A DNA stretch of 64,000 nucleotides from contig CP084167.1 in the NCBI GenBank assembly GCA_021513715.1, positions 2,848,001 through 2,912,000 on the forward strand, in the 5' to 3' direction. Shown here in pieces: positions 60,001-64,000 of this stretch (position 1 is its first letter; each line of letters begins with the position of its first letter). Source of the DNA: Candidatus Heimdallarchaeum endolithica. Its GTDB lineage: Archaea > Asgardarchaeota > Heimdallarchaeia > Heimdallarchaeales > Heimdallarchaeaceae. Made by a program: the position numbers and the translations under genes. The notes below the pieces were generated by a model that searched no databases, was not told the DNA's origin, and saw only the letters and a list, made by a program, of their open reading frames with translations.

Positions 60001-63000
60001 TAGTTCATCAAAACTCTTCTTTGAAAAATTAAGGAGTGTTCTTAATTCATCAAAACTGTAATTAAAAAATTGATGTAAGGAGTATATTTTTTTTGATGCT
60101 AAAACCTCATAATCTTTAAGTTTCAAACCTTTTATACGAGTGATTGGGAGTTGCAAAAACTGATAGAAGTCAATTATTTCTTGAGATAGCAAAACTTTTT
60201 CAGAAAAATCATCTGAAACTTTAAGATTTTTACTATTTATGTTATCGTAGAATTCTAGTAAGACTTTCCTGTCTTTATTTTTAGAAATTTCTGTTTCAAT
60301 GAATGCAGGTGTTAGTTGAAGAAAATCTCTTATTGTATTTACATCCTTCGTTTTAAGCTTAAGAATTGCATCATTCAAAGATTTTGCTTTAGCTTTTGTT
60401 GGAGCTAATTTTGTTAAAAAGAGTATATCTTCATTCATGAATTCTTGAAAGTTATTCATTTTTGATAGAAACTCAGAGATAGGTGGGAGTTCTTCTTCAA
60501 TATAAAAGTAAAACAACTCTTGTATTGTTGTTTGTTGTTCATTGAATTGTTTGACCAATCTCGGGAAGTGCTTTTTTATAATTTTTAAATTTCCTTTGTA
60601 CAATTGTTTGTTTTTCTTAACCTTGTCAGCAGATATGCTTTGTTTTAAACGAATGATCTCTTCCTCGTTAAGGTTTAGTATTAGAGAGAGTTCTTTATTA
60701 CTCCATATAAGAAACCTCCCTATACAATTTACTCCTACCTCATTTAATACGTTAATTTTCTCATTTAATTCAGGAAAAGCAAAAATTAAAGGTGTTCGTA
60801 ATAATAAATAATCTGAAATGTATTGATTCTTAGTTTGTTCATCTTCAAATCCGAAATCTTCTGGGTTAGAGTATATTAAATCCTCTACTGTATATATTTC
60901 ATACTTGTTTGCTTTGCTTTTCAAAGATAGAAAATTGGGAATGGGTGTACCTATTTTTTTCTTTATTCTTGCAATCTCACTTTTTAATAACCCCATTTCG
61001 CGTAATCTTTTTGAAGGAGTAATCAAGAATGATGTAGAAGTAAATATTTTATTTTCCAATAATCTTTCTTCTGCCTTTTCATTAATTACTTTGAGGTGAG
61101 ATAAATCAAGATCTCTATTTGTTTCATTGAGATGAGTAAGTATGCGAAGTTTCGATTCTTCCAATAAACTATCCACAAAAATAGCTAATTCCTTTTTCAT
61201 TAAAGTTCTTAACTTTGCATTTGCATATTGGGCTAGAGTATCTATGTTCACAGACTTAAAAATGTCTAATATGCTCTTTTTTGTGCTATCATCTATAGTA
61301 GATATTAGTTTTAGTTTGCTTAGAGGAATTGATTTTTCAGTGTTAGCCAGAATAGTAAAGAATCTTGTGTAAATTGAACGCTCTAATTCTTTGATCTCTA
61401 GAAGGTCCTTAGTTGGTTTTTCAAGAAAATTTTTTATTGTCTCTATCTTTCGTCTATGGAAAGCATTTTTAGTATAACCGTCTATCCAGTCAGGTTTCAT
61501 TTTTGTTATATTAGTTTTTAGAAATTCAGGAAACTTCTGTGAAATATGCGAAAATACTTTCTTAATATAATCAATCAAGATTTCTGTTAAATCATTTTCA
61601 TATTTATAAGAAAAGGGCTCATTAAACTTGAAAATAAAATCTTCTAGTCCTCTAAACTTATTTGAAAAGTTGGGATAGGTTGTTTTTACATAGTTGAAGT
61701 CAGGATATAGAAATTCTTCTTTTAATTCTGAATAAGCAGACATGGTATCCAAATTGAACTTAAATTCTTGAATAAAACTTGATAAATCGACTGTTTCTTC
61801 TGAGTTTTGAGATTTCGTAATTTCACTAATTAACTTAAATTTGTTTCCCTCTATTAAACGCTCTACTAATCCTTCAACAAAACGTAATTGTGTAGCTTCT
61901 GTTGCTAAATAGTGATAACTATTTTGAATCCATCTTTGATATAAAGCTTCATTGAAACTACTACTTGTTCCTCTTGCAAACCTTTTATCAATTGTTTTGT
62001 TTGTTAATGCTTTCAGAGGAAGTTCAGGGCTCAACTTGGACCTGTCTAATTCATAAATTGTCCTTTGCTTTATTCTTGAAACTTCTTTTTTTGAAAGATT
62101 TAGAATTGTGGACAATTCTGAAATTGGTATAGAGAGAAACTTTCCTATTGTTAAAATATTATTTTTAGCACAATTGTTTTTATATTTGTCTGGACACCAC
62201 ACATTAAGTTCAAAAATCGGTGTTCCTAAAGGAACAAAATTCCTAATTTTCTTTTTTGCTCCATGGGCAAGAGCTGCTGCAACCTTATATTTCTCTTTAT
62301 TTATATTTGTATAAACTATTTTTTCATTCTCCAATATTCTAGCGAGATTATCGATTACAACAGGGGCTGATCTTACAAAACGAGATAATCTTGCATGTTC
62401 TCTTTTTCTTCTTTTTGCTCTACTTAGGAAAGTTTTTAGTCTTCTACCAAGTTGTTGCAAAGCTAATCTTATCTCTTCTTCAATCTCAGGAACAGTTGAA
62501 ATATACTCTTTACTAGTTTCAGGAAAAGGAATTTTTGTACTTACTATTGACACAGCAATAGCTAGCGGGTCTGATTGTCTTGTAAGTCCATATTCGCTCC
62601 AATTTAAAGAAGAAACTACTTTTGTAATAACATCATTTCCCGCACCAAAAATTAGAGGAATTCTATTTGCATATCTGTAAATTATTTTATTATCAACTGA
62701 TGTGCTTCCTTTTTGTTGGGCATATTTAGATACTCCACCTCCATAACCTATTGCAGCTTCTACAATAAAAGGGTGGCCAGAGTAAGCTTTTGGAGGACGA
62801 GAAATTGCTTCAACAAATTCTGGTTCAAGTTCTTTTTCTAAACCTTTTCTTAGTCTTGCTGCTCCTAAAGGAGAAAGAGCATCACCTTGTGGAGCGTCGA
62901 ATCTAAAGATCCTATCCCTCTTTCTTTTTATTTCTTTAGCTTCTTGGTATGCTTTAATGAATCCTTCATGAACTATTCTTCTAATTTCTTTTGAAGTAAG

Positions 63001-63936
63001 TTCGCTTGGTTTTTTGTTAGGATCAATTTCCAAAATTTGAAAGAATTCCTCAGCAACTTCCTTTCTCACTCCCATGAAGTCTTTTGATAAAAATTCGATT
63101 AGATCATTTGCAGAGGTTGCAGCTATTTTTGCTTTGAATTGAGTAATATCACAACCAAATGGGTGTAGTTGAATTACTTTTGGAGGATCTGGCATGTCAT
63201 CTACTACTTTTTGAAAAACTAGTTTTTCACTTGTTCCTTCTTCATCTCCAGGTAGTACTACAGTGAAACTAGCATAAGGGGTAATTATTGCTAATTGCTT
63301 AAAGTATTCTTTAATGCTGTTTTTTGCTAGATTCCAAGCTCCAGTGAAAGTTATACTTATCTCAGTTCCACTAGTATGTAAATATCCTTGGTCATCAGGA
63401 TAATATTCATGCTGCTCCATGATGACTGGTTCATTTTTTTCTAAATTAATCATTAAATGAACTTCATTTGTCATTTCTTCCATGAAGTATCTGCTTTTTA
63501 TTCTTGCAGGAAGATCAACTGAAGACATAGAGTGAATTAAACACATCTTGGCTCCTAAACCAAATCTTCCTCTAGTTTGAATCACTCCATATTTTGTCCC
63601 TGTTAATACTCGACCAAAAAGGTTCGGAATCTCGTGACCTGGAACACCTACACCATTATCTCTGCATGTTAACTGAAGAAAATCAAGATGTTTTTCTAAT
63701 TGTTTATATCTAGTAATATCTAATAATTCATTAATTTCAGAACTAGTTAGTTTTCTTAATTCAACATATATTTCTGGATTTACACCTAGTTTTTCAGCTG
63801 CATCTAAACCATTTTCAACTAACTCTCTAACTGATGTGAAAACAGCTCGCATTGAATTACCAAAACCTGCAATAGCCTTATTTTCATTAAAAAAAGCAGC
63901 TGCACTCATTTTTCGTGTTTTATTTTCTTCAGTCAC
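51031..63936 (-). CDS. top6B: Giant DNA topoisomerase VI subunit B with tandem HhH array and H1-like tail (~4300 aa)
   Basis: N-terminal ~550 aa: ELVENGLDA, DNG.G, L.GTKY, RGRFGLG, GTEI, H2TH, RYANRIPL, W..YGL, STKIPF...SKE; single open frame of 12.9 kb; GTG at 63936 follows AGGAGTGA (track start 63945). Confidence 0.93.
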   Translation of the reverse strand: MTEENKTRKMSAAAFFNENKAIAGFGNSMRAVFTSVRELVENGLDAAEKLGVNPEIYVELRKLTSSEINELLDITRYKQLEKHLDFLQLTCRDNGVGVPGHEIPNLFGRVLTGTKYGVIQTRGRFGLGAKMCLIHSMSSVDLPARIKSRYFMEEMTNEVHLMINLEKNEPVIMEQHEYYPDDQGYLHTSGTEISITFTGAWNLAKNSIKEYFKQLAIITPYASFTVVLPGDEEGTSEKLVFQKVVDDMPDPPKVIQLHPFGCDITQFKAKIAATSANDLIEFLSKDFMGVRKEVAEEFFQILEIDPNKKPSELTSKEIRRIVHEGFIKAYQEAKEIKRKRDRIFRFDAPQGDALSPLGAARLRKGLEKELEPEFVEAISRPPKAYSGHPFIVEAAIGYGGGVSKYAQQKGSTSVDNKIIYRYANRIPLIFGAGNDVITKVVSSLNWSEYGLTRQSDPLAIAVSIVSTKIPFPETSKEYISTVPEIEEEIRLALQQLGRRLKTFLSRAKRRKREHARLSRFVRSAPVVIDNLARILENEKIVYTNINKEKYKVAAALAHGAKKKIRNFVPLGTPIFELNVWCPDKYKNNCAKNNILTIGKFLSIPISELSTILNLSKKEVSRIKQRTIYELDRSKLSPELPLKALTNKTIDKRFARGTSSSFNEALYQRWIQNSYHYLATEATQLRFVEGLVERLIEGNKFKLISEITKSQNSEETVDLSSFIQEFKFNLDTMSAYSELKEEFLYPDFNYVKTTYPNFSNKFRGLEDFIFKFNEPFSYKYENDLTEILIDYIKKVFSHISQKFPEFLKTNITKMKPDWIDGYTKNAFHRRKIETIKNFLEKPTKDLLEIKELERSIYTRFFTILANTEKSIPLSKLKLISTIDDSTKKSILDIFKSVNIDTLAQYANAKLRTLMKKELAIFVDSLLEESKLRILTHLNETNRDLDLSHLKVINEKAEERLLENKIFTSTSFLITPSKRLREMGLLKSEIARIKKKIGTPIPNFLSLKSKANKYEIYTVEDLIYSNPEDFGFEDEQTKNQYISDYLLLRTPLIFAFPELNEKINVLNEVGVNCIGRFLIWSNKELSLILNLNEEEIIRLKQSISADKVKKNKQLYKGNLKIIKKHFPRLVKQFNEQQTTIQELFYFYIEEELPPISEFLSKMNNFQEFMNEDILFLTKLAPTKAKAKSLNDAILKLKTKDVNTIRDFLQLTPAFIETEISKNKDRKVLLEFYDNINSKNLKVSDDFSEKVLLSQEIIDFYQFLQLPITRIKGLKLKDYEVLASKKIYSLHQFFNYSFDELRTLLNFSKKSFDELINNFDLNRDGQPFYEKVASGKYVSTISFDFENSERFSPEEILSLLVIGYNSIDKLFYLTHPYTFGATIIKWGVIEKFKKLLRSPLTLVTWEKTVKKKILNEETKQEKEVDEVEITSLSHEQLNALRKTGIRRIIDFFLVSDEKIASILKIDLEEAKKYKKNIRISETGTDISELDIFRPSIVETLETNNIFTIEDLYFSTQQEKWAINTIPWEIIQNLKNVLNLRFKHLSDMLDPDIITLLKKNKINTLLGFLLTSSKVLMERTGVPDERFDNIKRSLDLGEIFYFFSLPVYFLPKLSFSQTEELRKADILTIVDFVSTSSVKLSSILNISTKEIKEIIDILTSQRIREEYETRAIYAYETKLFDKNEQRTLSRETIYSYEGFQSIQELFYCPDEVFIDRKSSIWRKVFTLKKILSLPLRIFQEISDYSLTIFNQNKISHLYHLIFILDNDLTDRTLFRTVSDYSSKLIDMRAYHYFDFISATAYNKDFFSSILDDIEESSLLDVISSTDLIKTLSEFERQLAFEKCNITLIRSVFELPLGITPFLNFLNEETRNDFSTVTLGILFELEFEESSPLLEIKNKLREENSLDKLIGDLSIPISSLNLDANLALPLSRSSITTLIDFYSTPTKKLSEISNETQKRINEIKENLSYGEIVELHRTRSHPIMPSSLITESEISKLQEIGISDIETLYYAGVRMGASSILKKEKYKEFKELLSGSITFLSFLSFEEIKKLELHDIHSVIDLSLFEKGQLSQILNNPIYNEFHIFDLLSLDELKEKRLSFAIPLENCPSITDEYVEKLHELGIYSIQDFISRMSEIRKSYPYLVNMNVFKEAKLYLSSVFFLDLELEQMLKLVYSGVGDILTFLTEDITTISLILDIPEAEIIKIKENVSVKKIQKEVAEKGVKLESLTLLSKRNLMTLQKLNKETVQDLYSLSYQIKSFSDEFEENIDVFLSLCNSSIFRISNLSRFIKRTLAKNRILRVIDLFTVREKDLKSILNFIPEELKEKRKGNISLSSGIPILEEDKELMSALTNFKFNLSKASFEDIFGLVPEYLLIFSESEKIEKASSIAKLEEFIYGLSLNIFSIPEISLDVKLDLWKNEVKNIIELLTLSSEEKRSIPSNARTEIIRFVKEFSKEKLVNLIPKDHLDILSNKNDKLNIKTSLDVINLLDLLPQPFVIGSQILFNNSESLTNKVKYPIIWLDKFSQIEQLEFLRKLIKENKKLILDLLLLPPEKINTEMAEYLVSSLSDFQIPKWAIKLHDVKFLTKEQKLALKKIKIDYLDQLLCLQDYSLEDKNLATIKKTLSLFGSTPTSFLNSLSLQQNSILLNNKINTILEFLTIPSASLSQLFGIEFKEIKTIKSQINKQDIISELKIYGIDLNLLPSLTEEEITGEGKLPLIKKREAKEGTSLKTIEKPEISTIKHLNENEIYSLIQLFYQDVNQIEISKEEKEKLIVNFPVLFTPIKTIERIFGISIINVESSLKNKNTYYDYLHIPIYLWESYLPELNKMIKENNSLFIRNLSSLQFSTLDIANLKLNKSLVQKLYNLGVFSIEYLYYFPEEFFSNLPDSYLEEIRNIRMKLCRNINNLPILTLSTIEYCYSKNIIHIIDVISSIQNLKDEMVDEILSSLSTLKNLQLEQFSPPLTSYEEKIMKLGYLSYQELLGDINLKDKNIFAEISPYLLANIRYLGLEEKLETNLKKGGIYTIADLLLIPYKTLAHKSRIKLDQILKLRSSIKIENIKNAIEHDKPNHLVDLPFLSEKEKDILSSYGFYSFSDLEENSIYSWLYDIKKINKIKTKIKQILDTSILFLGAINSLEFEEIETKYFDNNLFTVKDLIKNDKLINLGGYSTIISNLIKDKKKTLSLTLKTGDFLGTINSKDLFSKNIEIPDISNIIDLISVLYMNKQTLTKKGLEILNLLNSSISIVTDFTEKEIEKLNEHKIETLKDLLIKPISYSSFLTEKQLEKVNRVLSTLNLNTIRKLRDKRVQLSNIMLFDSETKKELLKYYTVVDDLIYDLSKKHSRLRSKLRNNVLKILNKSIYLISFPQLPLENWLKLLSKVSTIQEMLLLSKSDLAKIIDTKNSEVDTFLSKITISRISNPPALKTNIVLQDFDIAELRENSIKNYLDLFENTDVFSNLSPSLRTKIELLQKLSSRYFDEKLPNLSFQQLVFFNMHHDSLKVDSQVSKRLLDIYSFIFSKPTKLEEKLNLPEEDEQKIQHTLESLLLLEKYDKKKFDNITSSFPENITLHFNEYLQFLNRHIILLVGESFENKKKYKQYGNLTIGDLILKPKYQLNQIIDDNKLIRQIRNLSLETLRTLASKLTPIPETILDKTELDVLSQGHIFSIEEAYIFNLVSKSKTSKRWKITEKLRLRIEQKIYSLPLVFESKETFKLLLKNNIKTVYDLLLLNKSTDITVLKNFLSQIPFHNLDSLTAQSNSKLIEFVNDKEIINELNKNDINSLGELIALFEEKNISDLSMKVKDVLSCFRASLALFIRQKNILSQLSKRGYEQIYDLFFLQNIDDLHIKFTEKQHAEFTELLHSLNMTKVKEQLELNSYRIKDLGLFSDTEKSILENGGFSHIIHLSVSDKRIKEQTELTIKQISTLKELLSYPIYSFYALMQDKPNSIFKLYHKQKYSLWDVFNTRINELTEITNITERQLKNYFATLTPQSLKIAKKGKTQIVKNTPFMSSETILKLKEIGIYSFEELIFADNRVKKKDTFKNENVQKLQKLIEEPIEKLDVKQGIRNKLKSLGINTIGEFIVYPTSQLEGKLEMTYNDIKKIKQSIPFVKNKTSTTAKKTTTAKKTTTKKTTATAKKPSTTAKKTTATAKKPSTTAKKTTATAKKTTTKKTTTAKKTTATAKKPSTTAKKTTAAKKTTTAKKPSTTAKKKPSTTAKKTTTAKKTTTKKTTTAKKTTTKKTTATAKKTTTKKTTATAKKTTTKKTTATAKKPSTTAKKTTAKRTKQTTLDEITADKKIESKKRSTK
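51105..51610 (-). repeat. Imperfect tandem repeat encoding TTAKK/TTTKK/PSTTAKK histone-H1-like tail
   Basis: 15-21 bp units such as TTTCTTTGCTGTTG repeated ~28 times on + strand. Confidence 0.95.
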
Positions 63937-64000
63937 AAAATTCACTCCTTATATTCCGAATTAATGTATACTCATACATTTTTTTTCCATTATTTAAAGA

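Noticed and set aside
51630-62230. Intein or mobile insertion explaining the size of top6B
   Set aside because: No intein splice motifs (C/S start, HN end) or LAGLIDADG blocks seen; the extension is C-terminal and made of HhH-like repeats with host-like composition
63965-63974. TGTATACTCA matches the outer 10 bp of the IS481 terminal repeat
   Set aside because: Match does not extend and no partner end is visible; probably chance, though the window ends here

Overview
AT-rich archaeal chromosomal segment. The gene content points to an Asgard archaeon, probably Heimdallarchaeia (inference): longin-domain proteins, two Ras/Arf-superfamily small GTPases, a DENN-like protein, class I LysRS, Topo VI and geranylgeranyl reductase. 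It carries sucCD, ahcY, lysS, cobB, acyP and gdhA, a type IV pilin, a surface/polysaccharide region (two FtsX/MacB permeases, a GT-C protein, two cellulose-synthase-like GT2s), one intact IS481-family element with a 16-bp target duplication, and an unannotated box C/D guide sRNA. A 12-kb operon joins KorDABC, HdrA-MvhDGA, HdrCB and a soluble fumarate-reductase-like pair. The most striking feature is the topoisomerase VI locus. The B subunit is about 4300 aa: an intact GHKL/transducer core, then roughly 55 tandem helix-hairpin-helix (Rad51-N-like) modules, then a histone-H1-like K/T/A tail. The adjacent A (Spo11-type) subunit carries an N-terminal ubiquitin-like domain. Other candidates for novelty are an apparent Sec11-SPC22/23 signal peptidase fusion, a longin-7TM fusion, and a C/D sRNA whose guide matches a peptidyl-transferase-centre site methylated in eukaryotes. 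All domain calls were made by eye from motifs; no searches were run.
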